Assembly: GCA_965223665.1 (NCBI GenBank)
Contig: OZ245011.1
Coordinates: forward strand, 992,001 to 1,056,000
Length of the DNA stretch: 64,000 nt
Reading direction: 5' to 3'
Source: Nitrospinaceae bacterium
Lineage (GTDB): Bacteria > Nitrospinota > Nitrospinia > Nitrospinales > Nitrospinaceae
Notes under the pieces: generated by a model
Databases searched by the model: none
Told to the model about the DNA's origin: nothing
What the model saw: only the letters and a program-made list of their open reading frames with translations
Position numbers and translations under genes: made by a program
In this document: positions 20,544 through 31,163 of the stretch, one piece after another
Layout: each line of letters begins with the position of its first letter
How positions within the stretch are numbered: the stretch's first letter is position 1

Positions 20544-23342
20544 TCAAGCCTTTGCTGATTCAAGGTTCGTGACACAACGGGAGCAAATAGATGCGTGATC
20601 TGGATGAGAATCCTTGGCCTCAAAATAATTCCAACAACGTTCACATTTTTCTCCTGGAGCTGGGTACACGGAGATTTCCAAACCTGGAATGGTTTCACTA
20701 TTATAAACACTCTTTTCTTCACTTAAACTATCGACTAATTCCGCCCCAGAAACTATAAAAATAAATTTGAGTTGATGAGTTTCCTCACTTAGGACCGTGT
20801 AGTAATTATTTGGAAGTTTTATTTTCACTAACGCATCCAATGAATGCCCAATAATTTTTTCCTGCCTTTTTAGTTCTAAAGCTTTACTCACTTCACTTTT
20901 TAATACAATAATTTTTTCCCATTTATCTATTAAATCCTCTTTGAATGAAACATCCGTTAAATCAGGAAATTTTTCTAAATGGACACTTTTCTCATTACCT
21001 GTCCTTCCAGGCATATAGGCCCACACCTCTTCGGAAGTAAAACTTAAAACAGGTGCCATCATTTGAACCATACCTGTCAAAAGTTTATACATTGCAGTTT
21101 GACCTGATCGACGCTGCTTAGAATTTCTTGGAAACGTATAAAGACGGTCTTTCAAAATATCTAAATAAAATGCACTTAAATCCACGACACAAAAATTATA
21201 AAAAGTATGATAAAAAACATGAAACTCAAACTCTTCAAAGGCCTTTACTATTCTTTCAAACACTTTTTTAAAGCGATACAAAATAAATTGATCAATTTCC
21301 TCCAGTTCGTCAAAGAGTAAAGAGTCATTTGAAGGATCAAAGTCATTTAAATTTCCTAGTAAAAACCGAAACGTATTTCGAATTTTTCGATAAGCTTCAG
21401 TAAGTCGTTTTAATATTTCATGGGAAATGCGAATGTCTTCCCTATAATTTTCTGAAGCCACCCATAGCCGCAGAATTTCAGCACCATATTGGTCAATAAT
21501 TTTCTGAGGAGCGATTACATTTCCGGAAGACTTTGACATTTTTTTACCCTTACCATCTACCACATAGCCATGAGTTAGTACGGCTTTATAAGGTGCTGAA
21601 CCTCGGGTTCCAACGGATTCAAGTAATGAACTATGAAACCACCCTCGATGCTGGTCACTACCTTCCAAATATAAGTCTGCTGGCCATTGCAACTGAGGAT
21701 CTTCTTCAATCACAGCAGCATGACTCACTCCGGAATCAAACCAAACATCAAGAATGTCCATTTCCTTTTTAAATTCCTGACTACCACAAACGCATTTCGT
21801 CCCATCCGGCAAAAGCTCACGAACTTCTTTTTCAAACCAAAAATCAGCTCCATGCTCTTCTACCAACTTCACAATGTGCTTAAAAATTTTATCAGAACAT
21901 AATTGTTCTCCACATTGTTCGCAGGAAAAAACAGTAATGGGAACTCCCCAGGCACGTTGTCGGGAAACGCACCAATCCGGGCGGTTTTCTACCATACTGT
22001 AAATTCGCTCTTTTCCCCAATCCGGGATCCAACGGGTCTTGTTAATTTCTTCAAGAGACTTAGATCGAAGATCTCCCTTATCCATGGGAATAAACCATTG
22101 TGCTGTTGCGCGAAAAATAATGGGCTGGCGACACCGCCAACAATGAGGATAAGAATGCACTAATTCGCTGTCATGAATTAAAAAATTTCCTTCTCTTAAT
22201 TTTTCGATAATTTCCGGATTGGCCTTGGTAACAAACATACCAGAAAAGTGCTCCACCTCTGGCTTAAACACTCCCTTATCATCAACGGGATTATAAGTTT
22301 CTAAACCATATTTTTGACCCACTACGTAATCCTCTTGGCCGTGACCCGGAGCAGTATGGACACAGCCGGTACCCTGCTCCAAGGTGACATGGTCACCTAA
22401 AATGACCTTAGAATCTCTTTCAATGAAAGGATGACGACATATAATATTTTCTAAATCTTTTCCTGAACACTTTCCAATAATTTTATAATCATCAACTTCC
22501 CATTCTAAAACTAAAGCAGGTAGCCTTTCTTCAGCAACTACCCAGTATTCATTTTGAATCTCAACAGCAACATATTGAAACTCAGGATGCACACACACTG
22601 CTAAATTTGCCGGCAAAGTCCAAGGAGTCGTTGTCCAAATCACAAAATGAACTTTTTTAGAATCAACCCCGCTTATCTGGTTTTCCCAACCCGAAACCAC
22701 AGGGAATTTCACATAAATAGAGGAAGATTTATGATTTCCATATTCCACCTCGGCTTCCGCTAAAGCTGTCATACAATTTGTACACCAATGTACCGGTTTT
22801 AAACCCTTATATACATTACCCGATTGAACAAACTTTCCAAATTCTCGAACAATGGTGGCTTCATACTCATAGTCCATCGTGAGATAAGGCTTATCCCAAT
22901 CGGCAAACACACCCAGCCGTTTAAATTCTTCTTTCTGAATATCAACAAATTTTGCAGCGTAATCTCTACATAACTTTCGAATTTCCGTTTTAGAAAAATC
23001 TTTCTTTTTGGATTTCAGGTCTTTTCCGACCTGATGCTCAATAGGTAAACCATGGCAATCCCATCCAGGAATAAATGTGGCGTCATAACCTTTCATACTC
23101 ATGATTTTGACAACAAAATCCTTTAGTATTTTATTTAATGCATGTCCCATATGGATATGCCCATTGGCATAGGGAGGTCCATCATGGAAGACATACTTTG
23201 GCCTCCCCCTGGAATGGTTTCTAATTAATTCATAGACTCCTTCCGTTTCCCATTTTTTCAACATCTCGGGTTCTTTTTTCACGAGATTTGCTTTCATTGG
23301 GAAATCAGTCTTTGGTAAATTTAGAGTTTCTTTATAATCCAT
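20544..23342 (-). CDS. ileS: Isoleucine--tRNA ligase (type 1)
   Basis: HDGPPYANGHIHMGH, WTTTPWTLP, KMSKS, C-terminal CERCW...CSRC. Confidence 0.99.
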   Translation of the reverse strand: MDYKETLNLPKTDFPMKANLVKKEPEMLKKWETEGVYELIRNHSRGRPKYVFHDGPPYANGHIHMGHALNKILKDFVVKIMSMKGYDATFIPGWDCHGLPIEHQVGKDLKSKKKDFSKTEIRKLCRDYAAKFVDIQKEEFKRLGVFADWDKPYLTMDYEYEATIVREFGKFVQSGNVYKGLKPVHWCTNCMTALAEAEVEYGNHKSSSIYVKFPVVSGWENQISGVDSKKVHFVIWTTTPWTLPANLAVCVHPEFQYVAVEIQNEYWVVAEERLPALVLEWEVDDYKIIGKCSGKDLENIICRHPFIERDSKVILGDHVTLEQGTGCVHTAPGHGQEDYVVGQKYGLETYNPVDDKGVFKPEVEHFSGMFVTKANPEIIEKLREGNFLIHDSELVHSYPHCWRCRQPIIFRATAQWFIPMDKGDLRSKSLEEINKTRWIPDWGKERIYSMVENRPDWCVSRQRAWGVPITVFSCEQCGEQLCSDKIFKHIVKLVEEHGADFWFEKEVRELLPDGTKCVCGSQEFKKEMDILDVWFDSGVSHAAVIEEDPQLQWPADLYLEGSDQHRGWFHSSLLESVGTRGSAPYKAVLTHGYVVDGKGKKMSKSSGNVIAPQKIIDQYGAEILRLWVASENYREDIRISHEILKRLTEAYRKIRNTFRFLLGNLNDFDPSNDSLLFDELEEIDQFILYRFKKVFERIVKAFEEFEFHVFYHTFYNFCVVDLSAFYLDILKDRLYTFPRNSKQRRSGQTAMYKLLTGMVQMMAPVLSFTSEEVWAYMPGRTGNEKSVHLEKFPDLTDVSFKEDLIDKWEKIIVLKSEVSKALELKRQEKIIGHSLDALVKIKLPNNYYTVLSEETHQLKFIFIVSGAELVDSLSEEKSVYNSETIPGLEISVYPAPGEKCERCWNYFEAKDSHPDHASICSRCVTNLESAKA

Positions 23343-23375
23343 TTGATTAACTAAGGAGCTGGTAAAGGGTTTATA

Positions 23376-24365
23376 TTATTTTAATTTCATTACAGATTTG
23401 GCTTTATCCATCGTACGTTTCGCTACTCGACTAGCTTTTTCTGTTCCTACTGCAAATATTTCTTCTACTTCCTTAGGTTTCGCAGCAATCTCGCGTCTTC
23501 GCTCCAATTGAGGTCCCATTACCTCAAGCATGGATTCGGATAATTTCTTTTTACAATCTCCGCATCCAATCGCCGCCGTTCGACAATCGCGATCTATCTC
23601 CTGTTGCATTTCTTCAGAAGAAAAAAGTTTATGAAAAGGAAATAGATTACATACATCCGGATCACCCGGATCATTCCGTCTGGCCCTTGCTGGATCAGTA
23701 AGCATAGATTGAATTTTCTTTTTTATTTCTTTTTCCGAGTCAGAAAGGTAAATGGAATTATTATAACTCTTACTCATTTTTCTACCATCGATCCCATTTA
23801 ATTTGGGAGTTTCAGAAATTTTTGCTTCGGGTTCAATAAAAACATTTTTCTTATAAAACCCATTAAATCGGCGAACAATTTCTCGAGAAATTTCTAAATG
23901 AGGTGCTTGATCAATTCCAACTGGCACATAATGAGCATTGTAGAGAACGATATCCGCCGTTTGTAAAATGGGATACCCTAAAAACCCATAAGTACACATA
24001 TCTACGGTTTTTATTTCTTGCTGCTTTTCCTTGTATGTAGGATTCCTCTCCAACCAGGGAACCGGAACAATCATGGACAATATCAAATGCAATTCTGCAT
24101 GCTCCGGGATCTCACTCTGAACAAACAAAGTACACTTTTCGGGATCCAGACCGGAACTTAACCAATCCACAGCCACTTCAAAAGAGTACTCCTTAATGTA
24201 CTTGGGGTCCTGATACAATGTAGTTAAAGAATGCCAATCTGCAATACAGTAAAAACACTCGTACTCATCCTGCAGGGAAACCCAATTTTGTAAGGCTCCA
24301 AAATAATTGCCTAAATGCAACCTACCTGAGGGCTGCATCCCACTTAAAATTCTTTTTTTAGCCAT
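23376..24365 (-). CDS. trpS: Tryptophan--tRNA ligase
   Basis: SGMQPSGRLHLGNY, VPVGIDQ, KMSKS; ATG at 24365 preferred over track start 24401. Confidence 0.98.
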   Translation of the reverse strand: MAKKRILSGMQPSGRLHLGNYFGALQNWVSLQDEYECFYCIADWHSLTTLYQDPKYIKEYSFEVAVDWLSSGLDPEKCTLFVQSEIPEHAELHLILSMIVPVPWLERNPTYKEKQQEIKTVDMCTYGFLGYPILQTADIVLYNAHYVPVGIDQAPHLEISREIVRRFNGFYKKNVFIEPEAKISETPKLNGIDGRKMSKSYNNSIYLSDSEKEIKKKIQSMLTDPARARRNDPGDPDVCNLFPFHKLFSSEEMQQEIDRDCRTAAIGCGDCKKKLSESMLEVMGPQLERRREIAAKPKEVEEIFAVGTEKASRVAKRTMDKAKSVMKLK

Positions 24366-24387
24366 GTACTTTTCCATCCCCAGAGGC

Positions 24388-25044
24388 TTATAACAAACCA
24401 CCTTTAAAAATCTCCCTTATTAAAGGGAACGTTTCTTGAGTGAAAAACTCTATCATAAACGATAAGGGAATTCTAAGGATACTTATCAATATTTTGGTAT
24501 TTGCAAAATAGTCCATTAGAAAAATTCCCAACAACAGCACTCCCATATATCGATCAAAATAATTTAACTTTTGAGCAGTAGTGGGAGAAACCATACCCTT
24601 TAAAACACTCGAACCATCCAGGGGAAAAATAGGCAACATATTAAAAATGGCTAATGCGCTATTTACATATACTCCTAAAGCAAAGATAAAAAAGAGAATT
24701 GGTTGTTCTTCTATATTGATCAAACGAAGAAAAAACCCGCAAAAAAGTGCTAGCACAAAATTTGAAGCCGGCCCTGCCATAGCAACGTACATCATGTCTC
24801 TTTGGGGATTTTGAAAATTTCTGGGATCCACAGGGACAGGTTTTGCCCAACCAAAACCCAAAAAGTAAAAAGAAATCGCTCCAAGAAAATCAAGATGTTT
24901 AAGTGGATTAAAGGTTAAACGTCCCAGCAATTTGGCAGTATTATCGCCCAAGTAATAAGCAGCCCTTCCATGTGAGTACTCATGGACGGTCAATGAAAAT
25001 ACAATAATGGAAGTAAAAATTATATAAAACTGTATTGGGTTCAA
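24388..25044 (-). CDS. Site-2 protease (M50 family) membrane metalloprotease
   Basis: HEYSH, GWAKPVPV, AGPASN, FNMLPIFPLDG. Confidence 0.95.
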   Translation of the reverse strand: MNPIQFYIIFTSIIVFSLTVHEYSHGRAAYYLGDNTAKLLGRLTFNPLKHLDFLGAISFYFLGFGWAKPVPVDPRNFQNPQRDMMYVAMAGPASNFVLALFCGFFLRLINIEEQPILFFIFALGVYVNSALAIFNMLPIFPLDGSSVLKGMVSPTTAQKLNYFDRYMGVLLLGIFLMDYFANTKILISILRIPLSFMIEFFTQETFPLIREIFKGGLL

Positions 25045-25488
25045 TTGTTCCTCTTAATTGGAATAAATTCACAGAAGGGACTAGGGAATGGAGGGCCATT
25101 TTCCAAAAAATCACAACTTCTATTACTTAATTTTATCTCATTTCATTTTTTTTCCCAAACCAAACTCTGGGAAATTATCTTTACCTCTGAAAAAGACCCT
25201 CAAAATTGGAAAATTTACTTAATTTATTCCTCTCTAAGAAAAGCCACTATAAATTTTTTGGTAGAAGAAGGTCAATTTACATACCGAAATTTATTGAAAT
25301 ATGTTAATATAATCAACAGGTTGGATATTTTTACTTAAGCTCCATCTAAACATTTCTACCTAGCTCATAAGGTGACTTAGTAAATAAACTTGCTCGCGGG
25401 GATTTATATTCCTTCAAACTAAATCTCATAATATTCTCCAACGAATTTTAGAATATTAAAATTTTTCGTAATCCCCATCCTACAAAAT

Positions 25489-26796
25489 ATGGATTCAACA
25501 ATAATCAATTCGTCGCTCGATATTTTTTCTGATTTTTGGCAAAACATCACACAAATATTCTCGGGAATAAAGGACGATCCATTTGCATTCCTCCATTCTA
25601 TTATTAATAGTCCCGCATGGGTTCTTATTGGAGGATTAATATTAGCTTCATTTATCATTTTCTTTTTCCAAAGAAAAAAAAGAAAAAGTTTGCAAAAAAA
25701 GCGAATGGAAGAACTAAGTGAAGCCTTACAAGATGATCAGGATTACGAAGCCTCTGCATTAACTTATTCCGAAAATGCAAATGAAGACTCGCTAATGGAA
25801 GAATTGAAAGATCAGCTTGAGATCACTGAAGAATCGAATGAAAACATTGGCCCAGCAGGACCCGAAATCGAGATCCTCGAAAATTCTTCAGCCAATATTG
25901 AAGAGGAATTAAAAGAATTAGACCAAAATCTCCAGGATGAAGATGATGTTTTCAAACAAATAGAGGGCTTGGACTCTGAAAACCAAATATCTTCCTCAGA
26001 AAACTTTCAATACGATGCGGAACAAGCACTGGAAAACCTCTTAATTGACGAATCTAACGTTACGGAAGAACCTGTCACGACCAATGGAGAAACTCTTTCA
26101 GACTCTGAGGAATCCGCATTAGAATCGGAAAAACTGGAAGTTCCCACCTCTTCCATTGAATCCAATTATGATAATCAAGACAGTGAATCCATTGAACAAA
26201 CAGTCTCTGCCAAAAATCCGGAACTTCTTTCTACAGAAACAGATTCTGAAATAGAAAACGAGAAAAAGCCTCCCCCCATACAACCAACAATAAAAACTAA
26301 AGAACCTTTTTTCTTGTCTCTAGAATTCTTAGTAGAAGAACCCAGTCACTCAAAAAACACAATTATTTCCCCCAACTCGAATTCCGATGAAAAAAATGAC
26401 TCCCTGACAGATTTGGGAGATTTAAACCAAAAAATTGAGAAAACGATTCAGTATTTCCACAAAGAGGTAATAACGGAAAATACATCAAAGGAGAATAAAC
26501 CTCTGGTTCTTAATGCTCAAGATATGGTCTCAAATTATTCTTCTGAAATTGATATCGATTTAAAGGATCAAATTCAAAAGTTTGGAAGTTTATTGGAAAA
26601 ACAAATTCTTGACTCAGGAAAAAACAAAAATCTTTCCATTAGGGATGATTCTCAAAACAAATCCAACCCGCCTTTAGAATTCGATGCGTCTGATAAAAAT
26701 TTTATTAATACAAATACAAAAAATAAAAAAACCATTTCATTAGATACATTAGAATCATTACTATTCACCCTTAGAAAAAAAGAAACGAGCACATGA
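25489..26796 (+). CDS. Hypothetical single-TM protein with long acidic low-complexity region
   Basis: One TM followed by RKKRK stop-transfer, then about 370 aa rich in E/D/S/N; ATGA overlap with next gene. Confidence 0.75.
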   Translation: MDSTIINSSLDIFSDFWQNITQIFSGIKDDPFAFLHSIINSPAWVLIGGLILASFIIFFFQRKKRKSLQKKRMEELSEALQDDQDYEASALTYSENANEDSLMEELKDQLEITEESNENIGPAGPEIEILENSSANIEEELKELDQNLQDEDDVFKQIEGLDSENQISSSENFQYDAEQALENLLIDESNVTEEPVTTNGETLSDSEESALESEKLEVPTSSIESNYDNQDSESIEQTVSAKNPELLSTETDSEIENEKKPPPIQPTIKTKEPFFLSLEFLVEEPSHSKNTIISPNSNSDEKNDSLTDLGDLNQKIEKTIQYFHKEVITENTSKENKPLVLNAQDMVSNYSSEIDIDLKDQIQKFGSLLEKQILDSGKNKNLSIRDDSQNKSNPPLEFDASDKNFINTNTKNKKTISLDTLESLLFTLRKKETST

Positions 26797-27770
26797 CATC
26801 AACCCCAAAAATAATAACCATTGGTGGCGGAAAAGGTGGTGTGGGCAAAAGTATATTGGCCACAAACCTATCTATTGCTCTGGCTATCATGGGTCAAAAA
26901 ATAGTTTTAATGGATGGAGATTTTGGTGCTTCCAATCTCCATGCACTTCTGGGGTTGTGTAATCCACCTAATGGGTTTCAAGATTTAATTAATAAAAGTG
27001 AAACAGATCCCAATTCATTGCTTATTGAAACAGGAGTAGCAAATTTAAGGTTCTTAAGTGGAGCAGGAGATTTTCCTGGTAGTGGTGATATCAATTTAAA
27101 AAATCAAAATCGGCTTGTAAGTTTAATAAAAAACCTAAGCGCAGAAACCATAATTATAGATTTAGGACCCGGAATGAATTTTCAGGTTATAGATTTTTTC
27201 AATCTGGGTCATGAACAAATTGTTGTCTCCACGCCAGAAATAACTTCTATAATGAATACTTTTGGTTTTATAAAATCCGCACTATTTAGAAAGATTGGCC
27301 AAGTTTTTAAAGGAAACTCAGAAATTCAAAACCTGCTGGATATTACACGCAATCCTAATGTCTCAGAAGAATGCTATAAAATTGAGGAGTTTAAATCTAA
27401 GGTTCAGGAAATACAACCGGATTCCTTAGAAGAATTGGAAAAGTTAATTTCTGATTTTCAAATTGGACTGGTAATAAACCGCGTTCAAACTAAAAAAGAT
27501 ATTTTTATGGGCGATCACTTAATTGAGCTTGCCAAAAAATTTCTTGGGATTAAAGTCCAATATTTAGGTTATGTGATTGAAAGCGATCATGTTCGAAGTT
27601 CTGTCGGTGAAATGATACCTTTTTTAATTAAAGATCCTCAAAGCCCACCCTCTAAAAATTTGCAGCAAGTTATTAGCTCTGTGACTGGCTCAGAAGTTCA
27701 TCTCATTAAGAAAGATGGTACCATTTTTGTTTCTAAACAAATCCAGCTTCCCACCGGTTGGAGTCAGTAA
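26793..27770 (+). CDS. MinD/FlhG(FleN)/ParA family ATPase
   Basis: Deviant Walker A GGKGGVGKS, DGDFGASNL, IIIDLGPG, TPEITS. Confidence 0.9.
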   Translation: MTSTPKIITIGGGKGGVGKSILATNLSIALAIMGQKIVLMDGDFGASNLHALLGLCNPPNGFQDLINKSETDPNSLLIETGVANLRFLSGAGDFPGSGDINLKNQNRLVSLIKNLSAETIIIDLGPGMNFQVIDFFNLGHEQIVVSTPEITSIMNTFGFIKSALFRKIGQVFKGNSEIQNLLDITRNPNVSEECYKIEEFKSKVQEIQPDSLEELEKLISDFQIGLVINRVQTKKDIFMGDHLIELAKKFLGIKVQYLGYVIESDHVRSSVGEMIPFLIKDPQSPPSKNLQQVISSVTGSEVHLIKKDGTIFVSKQIQLPTGWSQ

Positions 27771-27820
27771 TTTTATTTTTTTCCAATAAAGTATAAAATA
27801 ATAGCTTCTATTAACTTTTC

Positions 27821-29215
27821 TTGGTTGCGTGGGTGCAAATAAAAACAAAAACTTATTTAAAAAATCTTTTAAAACTCGCACAAAAGAATTCAGAGGTTTT
27901 ATATGTTGTAGGAGGAACCTTACGAAACCAATATTTAAAACTTCCCTTCGAAGATTATGATTTTACTGGGATCAATGCACCTGAAATTGCAAATTCATTT
28001 GCGGAATCTCTAAAGCTGCCTCTTGTTAAATTGGATGACACTCCAAATCGTGAGACATTTCGGGTAGTAATTGTTAAAAATCTATTTTTTGATTTTTGTC
28101 GTCTACAGGGCTGTAACATTGAGGAAGATTTAAGCCAGAGAGATTTTTCAATAAATGCAATGGCTCAGCCCTTAGATCAGTTTATCCAAGGTTCTTCAAG
28201 TTTAATTGATAATTACAATGGATTAAATGATCTTAAAAATAAAACCATCAGAGTATTATCAAAAAATTCCTTTAAAGAAGACCCGCTTCGGATGCTCCGA
28301 GCTGTTAGGTTTACCGCCACATTAAATTTTTCAATAGAACCCGAAACCTTCTCACAAATAAAAAGTTTAAACAAAAATCTGCAATCTGTTGCAAACGAAA
28401 GAGTCACCTCAGAATTATTAAAAATCCTGGGATCTAATAATTCCCAATTTGCGCATTTACTTACATCGGGTATCGCAACTTCCATACTGCCCGAATTAAA
28501 TGATTCCGTTTTTAAAGAAAACCAATTAATCTCTTCAAAAAAAGAGCCCTCCCCTTTTATACAATATCTGGAATTCCTGGAACAATTATTAAACCAACCG
28601 AGCATTTATTTTAATAGGTTTTCGAATAACCTGAGCAAAGCTTTAACAGTTCAAAATAACCGGTATTTGATAAAAATGGCTGGATTGCTTACCCCCATAG
28701 AGTTGTCTTCTACGGTTCAAAAAACCTCCATTTTTCAGGTGAGAAAATCTTCTAAAATACTATCTGCTCTTAAACGACTAAAATGGAGCAACGATCATCA
28801 AAGTTTCATCGATAAAACACTTCATTTCTATCATTACCTATTAAAAAACTTTGAAACCTTCTTCATGACTCCATTAATGGAAACTCAGGTCTACCAATTA
28901 ATAAAGCAAAGTGGGGACGCCTTCTTGCCATCAATTTTTCTGTTAATTGCCGATCGAATGACCAAGAAAAATGTTTCCTCAAACTTAAAAAGTTCTACTG
29001 AAACAATTATGGAATTTTATTTTGAAACATTTTTACCTCGTCAAAACCAAAATCCCCTTTTAAATGGAGAAACTTTAATAAATAAATTTCATTTAGAACC
29101 ATCACCCAAATTCAAAATAATAATTGATCAAATTGAGGAGGCCAGAGTTCTAGGAAAAATTTCTACTAAAGAGGAAGCAGAATCTCTTGCTCGTGCTATA
29201 ATCAATTCTCAATAA
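27821..29215 (+). CDS. Class II tRNA nucleotidyltransferase/poly(A) polymerase family, probably CC-adding type
   Basis: VVGGTLR...DYD, EEDLSQRDFSINAM, EDPLRMLRAVRF, ERVTSEL; true start uncertain. Confidence 0.88.
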   Translation: MVAWVQIKTKTYLKNLLKLAQKNSEVLYVVGGTLRNQYLKLPFEDYDFTGINAPEIANSFAESLKLPLVKLDDTPNRETFRVVIVKNLFFDFCRLQGCNIEEDLSQRDFSINAMAQPLDQFIQGSSSLIDNYNGLNDLKNKTIRVLSKNSFKEDPLRMLRAVRFTATLNFSIEPETFSQIKSLNKNLQSVANERVTSELLKILGSNNSQFAHLLTSGIATSILPELNDSVFKENQLISSKKEPSPFIQYLEFLEQLLNQPSIYFNRFSNNLSKALTVQNNRYLIKMAGLLTPIELSSTVQKTSIFQVRKSSKILSALKRLKWSNDHQSFIDKTLHFYHYLLKNFETFFMTPLMETQVYQLIKQSGDAFLPSIFLLIADRMTKKNVSSNLKSSTETIMEFYFETFLPRQNQNPLLNGETLINKFHLEPSPKFKIIIDQIEEARVLGKISTKEEAESLARAIINSQ

Positions 29216-29230
29216 TGGAATGGACAAAAA

Positions 29231-29884
29231 ATGAAATATAAAAATACCTTTTGGTTGGATAAAAAAATAATTTTAGGTGAAGGGGAAATTGATTCTGAAA
29301 AACCCATTAAAATATTAATTGGTTTTCACGGGGCTGATTCCACTCCCGAGAATATTTTAGTTCATGGAAACAAACTAAATCTTAGCAATACAATAACCGT
29401 TTATCCTGAAGGGCCTATTGAAGCAAATGAAGGTTCCTGGAGTTGGTGGCTAGATGGCCCTGGACAAAAAAATTCCATTGTTGAATTTATAGATTTCACC
29501 TCCCAAATAATTGATGAAGCTAATAATTATGTAAAGAAAAACCATTCTCCCCGAAATATCCGAACATGCTTATGGGGATTTTCCCAGGGAGCCGCTGCCT
29601 CACTTGTTTATACTTTAATGGGAAAGCATTCTTTATTCAAAGTGGCTTCTATCTGTGGGTTTTTGCCGGAGTTACCCGATGATAAGGAAAAAAATCCGGA
29701 AAACTCCACAATCCTAGGAATTTTTGGAACAAACGATGAAATAATCCCTTCATTTTTAGCGGACCATGCTCTTGAAGAAATGAAAAACCAAGGGCATGAT
29801 TTAACCATTAAAGAAACTTCCCAAAGTCATGAAATAAATTCAGATAATATTTTTGATATGACTTCTTTTTTTAACTCTGGTTGA
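29231..29884 (+). CDS. Alpha/beta hydrolase (phospholipase/carboxylesterase family)
   Basis: FHG, GFSQGA nucleophile elbow, GTNDEII, HEI. Confidence 0.88.
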   Translation: MKYKNTFWLDKKIILGEGEIDSEKPIKILIGFHGADSTPENILVHGNKLNLSNTITVYPEGPIEANEGSWSWWLDGPGQKNSIVEFIDFTSQIIDEANNYVKKNHSPRNIRTCLWGFSQGAAASLVYTLMGKHSLFKVASICGFLPELPDDKEKNPENSTILGIFGTNDEIIPSFLADHALEEMKNQGHDLTIKETSQSHEINSDNIFDMTSFFNSG

Positions 29885-29912
29885 ATCCCCTTCTTATCAA
29901 CTCTAATTTTAA

Positions 29913-29940
29913 TTGACAACATAACCCCGTTTGGTACTAT
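29913..29940 (+). promoter_or_regulatory. Sigma70 promoter of the cobalamin operon
   Basis: TTGACA-16 bp-TACTAT with extended -10 TG, just upstream of the riboswitch. Confidence 0.65.
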
Positions 29941-29956
29941 TTAAAAAATTTGAACT

Positions 29957-30110
29957 TTTGTTCAGGTGTATGGAAAGACGGTGAAATTCCGTCACGGGTC
30001 CGCCGCTGTAACCGAGGACGAAACCTGCGATTGACCACTGAATATATTCTATATTTGGGAAGGTGCAGGAATTAGATTGATTCGGAAGTCAGAAAGCCTG
30101 TCTGAACAAA
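29957..30110 (+). ncRNA. Cobalamin riboswitch
   Basis: P1 tttgttcagg/tctgaacaaa, GGAAAgacGGTGAAATTCCgtc, CCGCCGCTGTAA, CCACTG...GGGAAGG, AGTCAGAAAGCCTG; upstream of ABC transporter and cobQ. Confidence 0.93.
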
Positions 30111-30212
30111 CTTCACACACTCTCCGGTTCCTGAGAGGTGAAGGAAATAAATATACTCTTTCCTAAGGAAAGATGGATTTAGGCCTTCCAGGAAACCGGG
30201 AAATATAATCTA

Positions 30213-31163
30213 ATGAAAAGCCTAATTGCATCTTTCGTCCATAAACTAACATTTAGAAATAAAAACTACCCTTCCTCAATTAGGTTCTCTTTTTTTATTA
30301 AGAACTCTTATTTATTTTCATTACTGATAATAATTTTTTCCAATTCATCTTTGGTATTGGCGAGCCCTCCTTTTCCACAAAGAATAATCTCCATGTCTCC
30401 ATCTATTACAGAGATATTATTTGAAATTGGTGCAGGTGACCGAGTTGTAGGTGTAACCAATTTTTGCTCTTATCCCAAAGAAGCCTGCGAATTGCCAAAA
30501 ATCGGTGGGCTTTTAAACCCAAGTAAAGAAATTTGGATCCAATTACAACCAGATTTAATCATCCTCCAAAAAGGTAGTCAAAAATTAGAAAGAGATGCTC
30601 ATCGCTTAAACTTAAATACTCTTTCAGTATCTATGGGAAGCATCAATGATATTTTAGATTCCATCCACACCATAGGAAAAAGTTTAGGAAATGAAAGTAA
30701 TGCTAAGCAACTTGTGAAAAGGTTAAAATCAGGTATTAAAGATTTTAAAAATCGGTTAGCAAATACAAACCCTAAATCTGTTCTATTAATATTAGGAGAT
30801 TCAGCAGATCCTCAAAAAGACCTTTATGCAGCAGGGAGTCAAACCTTTTTAAGTCAATTATTGGAACTCGCTGGAGGAAAAAATGTTATCGACGATCCAT
30901 TGGCAGAATATCCAAAAGTATCTAAGGAGTTTATTATTCAAAAGTCGCCTGAAGTGATTATTGAAGCTGGTCCAAAATCAAACCTGTCTGGAAAAGAAAA
31001 AATTATTCGACTAGACCAATGGAACTTATTTACTACTATTCGCGCGGTTAAAAACAAAAATATACATTTTATTGGAGCAGATTATATTTTAATTCCCGGA
31101 CCCCGGTTATTAAAAATAATTGAACATTTTGCTAAAGCCATTCATCCCGAGCTATTCCAATGA
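30213..31163 (+). CDS. btuF: Cobalamin ABC transporter periplasmic binding protein
   Basis: RIISMSPSITEILF, VVGVTNFCSYP, PGPRL; follows the B12 riboswitch. Confidence 0.85.
   Translation: MKSLIASFVHKLTFRNKNYPSSIRFSFFIKNSYLFSLLIIIFSNSSLVLASPPFPQRIISMSPSITEILFEIGAGDRVVGVTNFCSYPKEACELPKIGGLLNPSKEIWIQLQPDLIILQKGSQKLERDAHRLNLNTLSVSMGSINDILDSIHTIGKSLGNESNAKQLVKRLKSGIKDFKNRLANTNPKSVLLILGDSADPQKDLYAAGSQTFLSQLLELAGGKNVIDDPLAEYPKVSKEFIIQKSPEVIIEAGPKSNLSGKEKIIRLDQWNLFTTIRAVKNKNIHFIGADYILIPGPRLLKIIEHFAKAIHPELFQ

Noticed and set aside
25045-25338. 97-aa ORF in the gap between the M50 protease and the acidic protein
   Set aside because: TTG start abutting the divergent gene's start codon, no RBS, no motif; more likely divergent promoter DNA
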